Notes under the pieces: generated by a model | What the model was told of the DNA's origin: nothing | What the model saw: only the letters and a program-made list of their open reading frames with translations | The model's database searches: none | In this document: positions 36,930 through 48,974 of the stretch, one piece after another | Numbering within the stretch: position 1 is the first letter of the stretch | Layout: every line of letters starts with the position of its first letter | Assembly: GCA_030265395.1 (NCBI GenBank) | Contig: JARFYF010000058.1 | Span: forward strand, 22,231,915-22,295,914 | Length of the DNA stretch: 64,000 nt | Reading direction: 5' to 3' | DNA from: Rhina ancylostomus | Taxonomy: Eukaryota | Position numbers and translations under genes: made by a program

Positions 36930-39772
36930 GGGCAAGGAGCTGTAGTAGTGGGGGAATTTTAACTTTATTGACCGGAATTGTCTTAATGCAAGGGCTTAAT
37001 GGAGCTGAATTTATTAAGTAAATTAAGTGAGTTTTTTGAGACAATATGTGGAGAGTCCCACGGGAGACAGGGCAGTACTTAATCTTATCTTAGGAAATAA
37101 AGCTGAGCAGGTGGTGGAAGTGTCAATGGGAAACACTTTGGGAACAGTGACCATAATTCTATAAGTTTCAAGGTAGTTCAGGAAAGGGATAAAGTTGNNN
37201 NNNNNNNNNNNNNNNNNNNNNNNNNNNNNNNNNNNNNNNNNNNNNNNNNNNNNNNNNNNNNNNNNNNNNNNNNNNNNNNNNNNNNNNNNNNNNNNNNTTC
37301 GAGGTAGTTCAGGAAAGGGATAAAGTTGGACCTCAAGTTAAGGTCCTAAATTTGGGGAAGGCTAATTTCACTAGAATAAGAGAGGACCTGGCGAATGTAG
37401 ACTGGGGTCAGATGCTTACAGTTAAAACAACATCGGAGAAGTGGGAGGATGTGAAAAGAGAGTTAGTAAGAGTTCAGGGCCAGCATGTTCTGTTGATGAT
37501 GAAAGGTAATGATGGCAAAATTTGGGAATCTGTGATGAGAAAGGATATTGAAGGTTTGAACAAGAAATAAAGAAAAATAAAGGATTGTTACAGGTAACTG
37601 AAGGGTGTGGGAGAAAACTTAAGAAAGAAATTAGGAGGGCAAAAAGCGGCCATGAAATATCCTTGGCAAGTAAGATTAAGGAGAATCCAATGGAGGCTCC
37701 AATGCGCAGGATCGAAAGAGGCTGCAGAGGGTTGTAGACTCAGTCAGCTCCATGACAGACATAACCCTCCCCACCATCAAGGACACCTTCAAGAGGCAGT
37801 GCCTCAAGAAGATGGCATCCTTCATTAAGGACCCTCACCACCCGGGACATGCCCTCTTCACGTTACTACCATCGGGGAGGAGGTACAGGAGCCTGGAGAC
37901 CCGCACTCAACACTTCAGGAACAGCTTCTTCCCCTCTGCCATCAGATTTCTAAATGGTCCATGACCCATGAGCACTACATCATTATTCCTCTTTGCGGTA
38001 TTTATTTATTTTTGTAACTTACAGTATTTTTTACGTCTTTATGTCTTGTACCGCACTGCTGCCGCAAAAGAACAAATTTCATGACATGAGTCAGTGATAA
38101 TAAATCTGATTCTGATTCCGGGGCCAGGGGATGTGGATGAGCTCCAAAGTTAATATTTTTCATTTATATTCACCAAGGACAAAGACGTGGTAAATAGTGA
38201 GTTCAGGGAGGGGTATGTCGATGGTCTGGAGCATGTCAGTATTAAGAAGGTGGAGATGTTTGATGCCATGCGATGCATAAGACGAGGGCTGAATGAGATC
38301 AATCCCAGGATACAATGGGAGGCAAGGCAGGAGATAGCTGGGGCCCTGATGGAGATATTTGCATCTTCATTAGCCACAGGCAAGGTACCAGAAGACTGGA
38401 GGATAACTAATATTGTTTCTTTATTTAATAAGGACAGCAGGGATAAAGAGGGTAACTACAGGCCAATGAGCCTTATCTCAGTGGTAGGGAAATTAATGGA
38501 GAAGATTCTAAAGGATAGGATTTATGTGCTTTTGAAAAGGCTGGGGCTAATCAGGGATACTCAGCATAGCTTTGTGCAAGGGAAATCCTGTCTTACTAAT
38601 TAAGGAAAGTTTCTTGAAGAATTAACTAAGAAAATTGATGAAAGGAGGGTTGTAGATGTTGTCTATATGGAATTTAGTGAGGCATTTGTCAAGATCTTGT
38701 ATGGTAGGCTGGTCCACAGGGGATCCAAGGCAAACTGGCTAATAGAATCTAAAACTGGTTTGGTGATAGGAGGCAGAGGATGGTTATGGAAGATTGCCTT
38801 TCTGATTGGGAGTCTGTGCCAGGGATCAGCGCTGGGACCCCTGTTGTTTGTGATATATATTGGGGCCTTGGATGTGAATGTAGGAGGTATGATTAGTAAT
38901 TTTGCAGATGACATGAAATCGGTGGTGTTGTGGATAGTGAGAAAAGTTATTTAAGGCCACAGCACAATGTAGGTCAGAAGGAAAGTTGGGCAGAGCGTTG
39001 CAGATGGAATGTAATCCCAATAAGTTCAAGGTGATGCATTTTGGGAAGTCAAATAGGGGTAGGACATACTGTATATAGTAAATGGAAGGGAACTAAGGAA
39101 TGAACGAAGGGACCTTGGGGTTCAGGTCCATTGTTCCCTGAGAGTGCCAACACTGATGGACAGGTTGCTAAAGAAGACTTTTGGCATGTTTGCCTTCAAT
39201 CAGTCGAGAATATAAAAGTTGGACATTCTGTTGCAACTTCACAAAACACTAATTAGACAGCAGTTGGAGTATTGTGTGCAGTTCTGGTCACCCCAATATA
39301 GGAAGGGTGTGATTGTGCTGGAGAGAGTGCAGAGGGGATTCACCTGGATTGGAGGACTTCAGTTATGAGGAGAGATTGGATGGGCTGGATTCCTTTTCCC
39401 TGGAGCGAGGGAGGCTGAGTGTTGACCTGATGGAAGTATATAAAGTTATAAGAGGCATAGAGACGATACAAGGTCAGAATCGTTTATCCCCATTGTGGAA
39501 GTATCAAAAACAAAAGGGCATAGGTTAAAGGTGAGAGGAAGGGGATTTCAGGGAATTTTTTTTTTGCACAGAGAGTGGCTGCTATCTGTAATTCACTGCC
39601 AGAAGAGGTGGTGGAATCAGTTAAGAGATATTTAGGTAGGCACTTGAATAGGCAGGGCATGGAAGAATACAGACCTAATGTGGGCAAAAGGGCTATTGTA
39701 GGTGGGCAAAAAGGTCAATGTGGATGTGGTAGGCCAAAGGGCCTGTTTCTGTTCTGTACAACTCCATGACTA
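36930..39772 (+). mobile_element. Long decayed CR1 (HER1-like) ORF2: endonuclease end, RT and 3' tail
   Basis: GKANFTRIREDLANVDW, VPEDWRITNIVSLFNK...GNYRPMSLISVVGKLMEKIL...QHSFVQGKSCLTN, QGSALGPLLFVIYI...ISNFADD, tail tgtacaactccatgacta. Many stops and frameshifts. Confidence 0.93.
37690..38118 (+). mobile_element. Rex1/Babar-clade LINE 3' end nested in the CR1
   Basis: KKMASFIKDPHHPGHALFTLLPSGRRYRSLETRTQHFRNSFFPSAIRFLN, then tail aataaatctgattctgattc. Confidence 0.88.
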
Positions 39773-39844
39773 TGTTTAAAGCCACCTTCACCACACTTAC
39801 CATCGTGATTCTTGAGCAAACTTCAGACTTTATCCAATGTGACA

Positions 39845-40520
39845 ATCACAGAGATGTACAGTACAGATAGTGGTCATCTGGCCTTTGAAATCTCTCTGCA
39901 GGAACAATACTCTCCCACCTTTACCTAGAGCCTCTGCAATATTCTTTCTTTCAAATACTGATCCAATTCCTGNNNNNNNNNNNNNNNNNNNNNNNNNNNN
40001 NNNNNNNNNNNNNNNNNNNNNNNNNNNNNNNNNNNNNNNNNNNNNNNNNNNNNNNNTTCCCTCCTGTCACCTTTGATTCTTTTGCCAATCAACTGAAATC
40101 AGTCTCATCTGGTTCTTGACCCTTTCTTCCTACCTGCTCTGCCTAGAGCCCTCATTATTTTACACTCTTCGGTCACATCTGCTCTCAACCAATGAATACA
40201 ATCACAGCTTCTCCTTCCTTCCTCATAGGTCCCTCATCAATAGAACATTCTGCACCCATTCAAAGCCTTTACATCCTTCCTAAATAAGCTGTGACTGGAA
40301 TTAGATGCAACACTCCACTTCCAGCCAAAATGGGGTTTTATAAAGATTCATCACAAATTGCTTGCATTTGTGCTCTATGTCTCAATCAATGAAGCCCAGG
40401 ATACCATAGGTATTTTTTAATCTCTTTCTTTTCAATAATGTATTTACACATACATCCAGGTCACTCTGTTCCCAGCTTTGTTTAGAACTGTGCCCTTTAT
40501 ATTAGATTGTCTTTCTTGTT
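39845..40520 (-). mobile_element. Old CR1 3' fragment
   Basis: Antisense CR1-like blocks (ccctcattattttacac, tttacatccttcctaa, gaattagatgcaacactcca), tail-to-tail with the long CR1. Confidence 0.6.
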
Positions 40521-42431
40521 CTCTCCTAAAATATATCAAAATAAATATTAAAATAATTTTAGCAAACATGAGTGAGATAATGATGACTATGACCATATTC
40601 CCATGTTTAAAATGAATGCTGATATAATTTGCATAATTGAGAAATGTACTAACTATCCAAGAAGAAGACTCCAGAATTTTAATACTAGAGATCTCTCCAC
40701 GTGACACAGAACCTACAGAGCTGATGTGAAAGTTAATATTGTCAAACCATCTGAGATTTAATGCTTTCTTGTGTGTTCTTTCCCATAATATAATACATGA
40801 ACATATGCCTCAAAATTCAATTAAGTAAAGTTGATTTCCTTGCAAGAAGTGAAACAAGAGAATTACCATTTCCAGCTCAGTATCTCTTGGGGCAGGGAAC
40901 GTCATTGTTCTCCATGCAACATTCCATTCTGGAGCATTGCAGGGGAACTTGGACCACAATGTCTTGGAGCAACCTGTTGCCAGCCATTCCAGGAACACCC
41001 AGATCTTGTGAACAAATCAACAAACTAACGCCTACAGCTAAGTCAAATTACATACATACATTCATCCTTGGGTCACTCCACAGCTCCCATTCCAAGCCCA
41101 TGTGTGGTGTCCCAGACCCTAGTGATTCCTCCCCAGCCCCACAATCTTCCCCCCCCCTTACAATGTGCTGCTGGTTTTGGTTCCCTCCCAACATCATAGT
41201 GTTGTTTCTTTCCCTAATTTCAACCATAGACCAAATGCCGTCAAAATATTTCCCTACACCAGCTCCTCATGCCCTTTCCAAAGCCCTCCTTAACCCCTCG
41301 TTAAAGCTCAGCCCTGATCAAGCCTATTGTCAATGATCTCCAAAACTCAGTCTATTGGCTGTTTCGCTGAGGTTTTGAGTATACTGGAATTTCTTTGGAA
41401 TTATTTCCAAGATAAAGGATTATTGAAGCACAGTGCATAATGCAGGAGAGTCAGCAGGCAGAGGACTGGGAAGCTGCCAGATGGTGAGGGGAGACTGGTG
41501 GGGAATGGGGTGGGTTGTTTAGGTCTGCAAAGAGAATTAAAGGCCAGATTGGTGATCGGGTAATGATGGGGACACGGCAGGGGGAGTGGCGATATTGTAG
41601 GGGTCGGGAAGAAGTGAACATTACAGCTTCTGTTAGGGGCCTCAAGAGACTGGTGGTTAGAGTCAGGGCTGATCAGGTGGTCAGGGAGTCAGAGAGCTTG
41701 GCACTTTGAGAGTAATGGTGCTTTGCGTTGGGGGCGGTGTAGTTAAGGATATGAGGGACTTAAGCTCGAGAGTTAAACATGATTGTCTCAACAGTGACCA
41801 AAAATGGTTGGCTCCAGGATAATGAAGACCAAGTCTCCTTGTAATGTTCCAAAAGGAGAGCTGTACAGGATATAATATCATTTCGTGTGCAACTGATGCG
41901 ATCACATCAGTTGCATAGCAGTGATTCAAGCCAGGAAATTCATGATCATATTTCCAGAGTGTTGCAAAAAAGATCTGTAATAGTTGATATTGGGTTGCAG
42001 TCTGGAAAAAAAATCAATTTTCAATTGCATAATGCTGAAAAATATTGCAGTAAATTTGATTTCATCTGACAGAAAGATCTTACTGAAGAACAATTGTTCA
42101 TGTTAACAATTCCCTTCTAACGATGTATGCTCTCATCTGTTCTACTTTTCTTCATTCTTACTTTGCTTTGCTAACCATAGTTGACATTATTTGGTGCTGC
42201 TTCTCATAAATTTATCCCACATTTATTGAGGTGGCATATTTAACAGCATTTGGTTAATCACAGGTGGTCCGGTTTCAAAGACAGTTTCAAATTGGTATTT
42301 TACAGCCACTGAAAAATATAGGTACCTGATTAATAAAGCTACTTCTTAATTTTCATGTCACTTATCAACAGCAACATCTATAGACATCTAATTCTAGCAT
42401 TCAAGAAAGAAGGGGGATTTCCAAAGTTAAC

Positions 42432-42948
42432 CATGATGTTATTAAACTGGAAAGAGTGCAGAGAAGATTTACAAGGATGTTGTCAGGACTCAAGGGACTG
42501 AGTTATAGGGAGAGGTTAGACAGGCTGGGACTTTATTCCTTGGAGCTCAGGAGACTGAGAGGTGATCTTATAGAGGTGTATAAAATCATAAGGGGCACAG
42601 ATAGGATAAATGTACTGTCTTTTTTCCAGGGTTGGGGAATCAAGAAAAAGAGGGCATAGGATTAAGGTGAGAGGGGAAAGATTTAATAGGAACTTGAGGG
42701 GCAACTTTTTTTTACACATAGGGTGGTATCTATGTGGAATGAGTTGCCAGAGGAAGTGGTTGAGGCAGCTACAATAACAACTTTTAAAAGACAGTTGGAC
42801 AGGTGCATGGATCAGAAAGGTTTAGAAGGTAATGAGCCAAATCCTGGCAAATGGGACTTGCATGGATGGGGCATCTTGGTCAGCATGGACCAGTTCGGCT
42901 GAAGGGCCTGTTTCCATGCTGTGTAACTCTATGATTCTATGACTCTAT
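42432..42948 (+). mobile_element. CR1 3' end
   Basis: QRRFTRMLSGLKGLSYRERLDRLGLYSLELRRLRGDLIEVYKII, tail ctctatgattctatgactcta. Confidence 0.93.
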
Positions 42949-43569
42949 AACCAGCAATGAAGGTTTAATCATATTACTGGTCAATGACCAGAACACCAAA
43001 CCAAATTCTGGTTCCTGCCAACAGGAAAAGCTAACTGTAGGAGTTATGAAACAATAGGAATACTTTTATATTCAACTCAAAGTCAAATTATGTAGTATAA
43101 TATATTGACTGTGCAGACAAGACAGGTCTCTGTCAAAAACCCTATCAGCTTTCATTGGCAAGGTTACCCTAGGAATGTATTTTCAGTCAAATGTAACATA
43201 ACCAGCATATTCCAGGGCTTCACTGTCAGATCTTGCAGTTACTACTCCTGATGGTTATCTTACACTAAACTCTTATAGCTTTAGAATCTGTCCATTTAGA
43301 CAGCTAACTTATCATTGTCCCAATCCAAATGAGCAAATCATGTACATATGGAATGACAGTCTATTAAATAATTTAACTTCAATGCCTTTGAACTTGATTC
43401 CTTATCAAGACATCACAATAAAAGCAACACTATGCCAAATATAATAGACTCTAATCAAATGCTCAATCTTCTGTACTGGGGAATATTTACCCTGTTTTTC
43501 CAATTAAAGTAGCAGAGCTATTTCTATATCTATTCATTCTTTAATCTCTGGAGGACTAACCCAAAGACA

Positions 43570-43752
43570 ATCTACCTCATCATGGCCCTTGCACTTTATT
43601 TGTCTACCTACATTTACTCTGTAACTGTAACACTATATTCTGCATTAGGTTATTGTCTACCTTGATGTACTGATGTATGGATTGATCTATCTGGATGGCA
43701 TACAGACAAAAGCTTTTCACTGTATCTCAGTACATGTGACCATAATAAACCA
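43570..43752 (+). mobile_element. Rex1/Babar-like 3' tail
   Basis: ggcccttgcacttta...aaagcttttcactgtatctcagtacatgtgaccataataaacc; similar to 63080-63310. Confidence 0.7.
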
Positions 43753-44204
43753 GGGTCAGTCCATTTATTTTGCAATCTTCTTGTTTACGCTTCACACAAT
43801 TCCCCATCTCATTCCTTACCAGATTCTCATCCAGGTTTATTTTGTTAATTTAATCAGGGTTTCAGCAGAGACTATTTTATTGTTTTCAGGTGGAAAATAA
43901 TAGAAAATAAAGAAGAATAAAATAAGCGTGTGATCAAATGTGCTGAAGGATGAAAATAGAACATCATCTTGTTTGTATTCTCAATCCATCTGTACTTGCA
44001 GTACAAATATATTTCGTTAAACCACAACTAACCCAAGATTTCTCTGTACTCAATCACTAAATTGGGATTAATGCTATTATGTAAGTATACTTCAAACATG
44101 CTGCTAGATCACAACTTATACTTGGGACAGCACAATAGACATTGTAGTATCTTGTGGTAGAGCTATTTTACTGAAGTGCAATTTTAAAGGTGTTATTGAC
44201 AAGT

Positions 44205-44510
44205 TCTATCATGGGAAGACATTCCCAGATGGATAGAGGAAAAGATTCAGGGATGAGATCAAAGTCTGCCTGAAAAAATTTGAACATCCCCACTGATGCC
44301 AGGAAATCCCTGGCCTGTGATTGGTCGAAGTGGAGAAGGAATATTCAGTATGGCATTCAGAACCTCAAGAGCACAGAGAAGCCCCTGCGTAAATGCTGGA
44401 AGGAGCACAACTCCTCACCAACCACCAGCCCACATTGGCCTCATCAGTCACCAAACCACAAAAGAGAAATGGGAACAAAGCCTCCTCAATCATCAGGGAC
44501 TGCCTGAAAA
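44205..44510 (+). mobile_element. RTE LINE 3' fragment
   Basis: gatggatagaggaaaagattcagggatg...NIPTDARKSLACDWSKWRRNI; homologous to 22520-22660. Confidence 0.75.
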
Positions 44511-44971
44511 GATAAAAATGCTCATTGTTCTGTCAAACTGAGTGAATCGAGCTCCCTGTTCACCATTGCTGACTTGTCAGGATTAGATATTCCAATTAGA
44601 TTTATTTTAACTCTTTAAAATAAATGGATAATTTTCTTTTGCTTTTCAGTGATTGAGGTGGTTTTATATTTTACAATAAATGGATCAATCCTGCAGCACT
44701 GAGAAGCAATTTACAAGGTCTGCTTTATAAATAACTATTTGTGTTTCATAGTTCAGTATCTTCACAACATCTGATGTTCATCCAAGGCTGAGGTGTCATC
44801 TATCTTGTTAAATCATGTTTATGGATGGATCAATATCAAACAGCATTGCTGGTCTAAATGCACCCAACCATGCCAGTCTAGTTGGATTGGGCACATTTCC
44901 AGGAACCCACAGGTTGAGCCGATCAACTAATCAGATCTCTACCAATTCAGCAAAGTAAACCAAAGCTTGTG

Positions 44972-45187
44972 GAGACACAAGAGACTGTAGATGCTGGAGC
45001 CAGGAGCAAAAAGCAAAATACTGGAGGAACTCAGCTGGTCAAGCAGCATCTGTGGAAGGAAATGAACAGTTGTTGTTTTGGGTCGACACCTTTCATCTGT
45101 CCAAATGAAGAGTCTCAACCTGAAACGTCGACTCTCCACCCTCCACAGATGCTGCCTGACCCATTGAGTTCCTTCAGCATTTTGTTT
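44972..45187. mobile_element. Penelope-derived foldback (inverted-repeat) element
   Basis: Left arm caaaatactggaggaactcagctggtcaagcagcatctgtggaagg (from 45014) is the near reverse complement of the right arm ending ...gagttccttcagcattttg (45184). Family assignment is from recall. Confidence 0.75.
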
Positions 45188-45775
45188 TAAACCAAAGCTC
45201 GTGTTCCCCTAACCTCTACTGCCACTGTCAGATTAACACAAAACATCTCTTGAAATCCCAAATGACCCAATTTAACCAAGCTCCAGTAGACTAACAACTG
45301 GAATGCAAGCTTGTTAACAAGAAAGCAAAACCTTTTGTAAATGCTTGATACACTTTGACATTTATCAATTTTCCAGCCAAGAACTCCGAAAAGATTTAAA
45401 TTTGCCCTAATTTTCACCATATGGGAGATAAATTGATCAGGATTTCCTTCTTTGTATTCAGCTAATATTGTAATCAAAATTCCAGATAAGGAGAGCTTCC
45501 TGCCAATGGAAAGCAAATGTTTGGAACTAGAATTTAACTACTCAGAATATCTGTCCTCATCTCATCCTTACAGGGCTATGGAAATCAAACAGGGATGAGA
45601 GGCCAAGCAGAAGTTCTCTTTCAAAGACACAATGCAGGCATGATATGCCCTCCCACTCTGCTGTCAATATCTATGCTTCTGTGAAGGAAAGCAATCGAAA
45701 TGTAATCTCTCTCCAGTTTTGTGAAGACAGGATTTTCATTAACATGATGTTCCTTCAGTGCGGTTCCGACACTAC

Positions 45776-45942
45776 CTTGGCTCTGCTGTTTCTGCTGATG
45801 CTGTTTCTGCTGCTGCTCATGTAGACTCTGACTGTCAACTGAGATTCCACTGTCACTGTGCAGCTTCTCCCCCTCTGGAGATTGCGTCTCATTTACTGTT
45901 CTGTTATTGGCTCCCTGCTTGTTTTGCTTACAGCTGTTCCAT
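45776..45942 (-). CDS. ngfr: p75NTR/NGFR-family exon: intracellular juxtamembrane (Chopper) region (equivalent to exon 5)
   Basis: Acceptor ttatttttcacag|ATGGAACAGC completes CG|A (Arg). Encodes WNSCKQNKQGANNRTVNETQSPEGEKLHSDSGISVDSQSLHEQQQKQHQQKQQSQ, matching p75. Phase 1 donor CAAG|gtagtg is the best in-phase candidate but is a weak site. Confidence 0.93.
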
Positions 45943-46949
45943 CTGTGAAAAATAATCAGAAGAGTCATGATACAAGGAGCATCAAATCAAGCTCATTGTG
46001 CAAAGAGAAAGAATGGGAGACAGAGAGGTGCCGGAGGGAAAAGGCAAAGGGAAGTGGATGTTACTATGAGGGGGAAAGTAGATAAGCAGCAAAATACATT
46101 ATAAGTAGTTCTGCCAGGTAATTCTAGAGAAAGTTCAGTAAAGAAGAACCCAATTAACAATAAATGATCTTTGAAGAGAAGCTTTATATATTGTGAGTGC
46201 AAACTCAAAGACTGAAAGAATCTGATTTAGGTAATTTATTAATTAAGGACATACAGTTTGTAAGTTTTACTTAAGATGAAGCTGGGTAGGACCAGAGGAT
46301 AGGCGAATAAACTGTGAAAGCAGAAATGAGATTCGATGCTGAGCAGATTATAATTCTCAAGGGACAGTAACTGCTGCAAAGGATTCTGTAAATCAGACTA
46401 CGGACCACGATTACAGAGATGGGGCGGCGAAACACACTTGCATGAGGTTGATCTGAGTAATTGGTTCATGAAGGTTGAAATGTGGAACACAATCGTCAGG
46501 GCAGGAAGGCAGAACTTAATTGTGGTGGTGAGACTGAGGAACACAACTGTGTTGGGAGAACTGAGGATCAGTATTGTGGAAATGGGACTGAGGAACACAA
46601 ACTGTAGAGGTGAGAGTGGAGGACATAATCATGGAGGTGGGAGTGACAATCACTATCGTATACCTGCTATTGTTGTTATTCTGTGTAGTAACTACCAAAT
46701 ATGGCTTCTTTCTTTACTTGTAGGACTACCTTTGAGGAACAAGAGAGGGGTGAGTGGCAGAGGATTCTAGAATTGATAGAGTAGGTTTGTCGAGACAACT
46801 CCAGCAGGAAATAATGAATGGATGCACAGTCTGAGGATCTCATCCTATCCCTCCTGTATAACACATATCACACTAAGTGGTCAACAGTGAGCTCCAGAAA
46901 CACATTAATGTATAACAAGACTTCAGATGCTTTTCTGTAACTAAACTAG

Positions 46950-47358
46950 ATTGATACCTGAAATGGGCAAGTTGTCTCACGAGGAAGTATTGGACAGACA
47001 AGGCTTATATTTGCTGGAGTTTAGAGGGGTGAGAGGTGACTTGTCTGAAATATATATGATTCTGAGGGGTCTTGACAGGGTGGATGTGGGGAAGAAATTT
47101 TCTCTTGTGGGAGAATCTAGAACTAAAGTTCACTGTTTAAAAATAAGGAATCACCCATTTAAGGCAAAAGTCAGGCAAGAATTTTTCTCTCTGTGGGTCA
47201 TGAGTGTTTGTTAGAGTTTAATGAAACCCTTCATTAAATGGTGGTGAAAGGGAATGCGGTGTTGAGGTTACAGTCAGATCAGTCATGATCTTATTGACTG
47301 ATGGACAAAGCTCAAAAGGACTGAGTTGCCTACTGTTGCTCCCAATTCACATGTTCAT
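46950..47358 (+). mobile_element. CR1 3' end (older subfamily) in the intron between the TM and juxtamembrane exons
   Basis: IPEMGKLSHEEVLDRQGLYLLEFRGVRGDLSEIYMILRGLDRVDV. Confidence 0.87.
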
Positions 47359-47374
47359 AACAAGTACTTCACGT

Positions 47375-47530
47375 CTAACATCCTGGATGTTACCATATTA
47401 CATATGCTAGTAGTTACAACATTACTAATTGGTGACATTTGCAAGCTGCCCCCAGAACACTCTACGCAAAAGATGCATTTCACTGTGTGTTTCGACGTAC
47501 ATGTGACTAATAACAATATCTTATCTTATC
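47375..47530 (+). mobile_element. Rex1/Babar-like 3' tail
   Basis: gcatttcactgtgtgtttcgacgtacatgtgactaataacaatatcttatcttatc with short-repeat tail. Confidence 0.65.
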
Positions 47531-47611
47531 ATTGCAAATTAATGACTTTGCATCATGTTATGGCAAAGGTATCTATCCAATTTTTAAAAAAGTGATTCAA
47601 GAAAAACCAAC

Positions 47612-47813
47612 CGTTTGAAAGCCACGTAAGCCACAAGTCCAACCACAACTGCGGCCAAGATAGAACAGTAGACAGGAATAATGTTGTCAGTGTTACCCTG
47701 CCCAATAAACTGTGGTGAGCTTGGAACAGCCGTGGTGGTCATTATCTCTGTTGTTGTGACAACTTTCGGAGGGATCACAGTGCTAACCACAGTAGGTCTT
47801 GGGTGACGATTTG
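47612..47813 (-). CDS. ngfr: p75NTR/NGFR-family exon: Thr-rich stalk + transmembrane helix (equivalent to human exon 4)
   Basis: Minus strand acceptor tttttctctcttcag|CAAATCGT and donor AAACG|gttggt. Encodes NRHPRPTVVSTVIPPKVVTTTEIMTTTAVPSSPQFIGQGNTDNIIPVYCSILAAVVVGLVAYVAFKR, nearly identical to the p75 TM (DNLIPVYCSILAAVVVGLVAYIAFKR), with the dimerising Cys and AxxxG motif. Phase 1 start, phase 2 end. Confidence 0.95.
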
Positions 47814-48974
47814 CTGAAGAGAGAAAAATTAAATCCCATTACTTCTCCAGTATTGCAACAACTTCCTTTATGTTACTGTAATTTATCTAATTATACTCCC
47901 ATGCAGAGAGTACCATAAATATTCTTATTTATAACTGAAAACTAAACTTTGTTAGCCTTTGTTGCACAATGCCATCAATCTTCATTAATATTATACAAAT
48001 GAAATACCTCAATCAAAATTGGGGATAAATGATTCTATCCCTTCATATAATAGTAAGAAAGTATTAAATGTTCAAGAGTTCTTATTTCAACTAGTCTGTG
48101 AAAAGGGCAATATCATATTAGAAAATATAGAAAGAAACAAAATATAAAATGATATTCAATGAATAAAGTCTGACATTTAAACTCACAGTCCTAATGATCT
48201 AAAATTGTTTAAGTTTTAATGTTTATGATGTTGGAGCATTTTTTCTTCATTCATACCTGTGAAGAGCAGCCCACTAACAAAACACAATATTCAGGCAAAA
48301 TATGTGAAAGGGAACTTTTCACATGCATTACTGTGACCAAAATCAAGAAATAGCGTTATTGATAGTAAATATTCAGAGATTGGATTGCACTTTTTTTCTA
48401 TGCTAAAACACCATTTGCACATAGAACTATCACCATATCAGGTACCCCTTGAAACCAGCTACAAACAAGTGTGTACTGTCATTGGTGAAATTTCCACTAA
48501 AAAGGGTCAGTTAAGCAGTGGCCTGTGTTGCTTCCCACAGCTGTCAACACTTTACTGCACAGCAATCAAAGAGTGTCAGCTCATGAAGGTACACTCTCCA
48601 TGGCAGCCTGTCAGTGACAACACACTCAACAGGTGCCATGGAGGACAGGAAGGCTGAATGAGGCATGAAGACAGCATCAGGGTTCAGAATCGTCCCTTAA
48701 TGATTCTTTGCTATTTATCTTTGAGACTTGGACTTTGATTCTGCTTAGACAGCAGGTTATTAGTGCCAAGGGTGAAATGAGGTTGAGCTATCTCTGTCTA
48801 GGAGATGTGACCCCACAATACTCATCAAGCCATGACCTGAAAATCTCACTCCAATTTACAGAGCCTAGGTGGAAGTGAGAGGTGGGTGGGGTTGGGAATC
48901 CTTTGAGGCAATTGTTTTATCCCTCTGTGTGTAAGACACATGTTATGCTGCACTTACTTATTATGAAAGAAAGA

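Noticed and set aside
37165-37328. Duplicated aggtagttcaggaaagggataaagttg on both sides of a gap
   Set aside because: Same artefact: a 100-N gap with overlapping ends inside a CR1.
40797-41336. 179-aa plus-strand ORF
   Set aside because: No recognisable domain, low-complexity Pro/Ser composition, antisense in an intron; likely a chance ORF or repeat relic.
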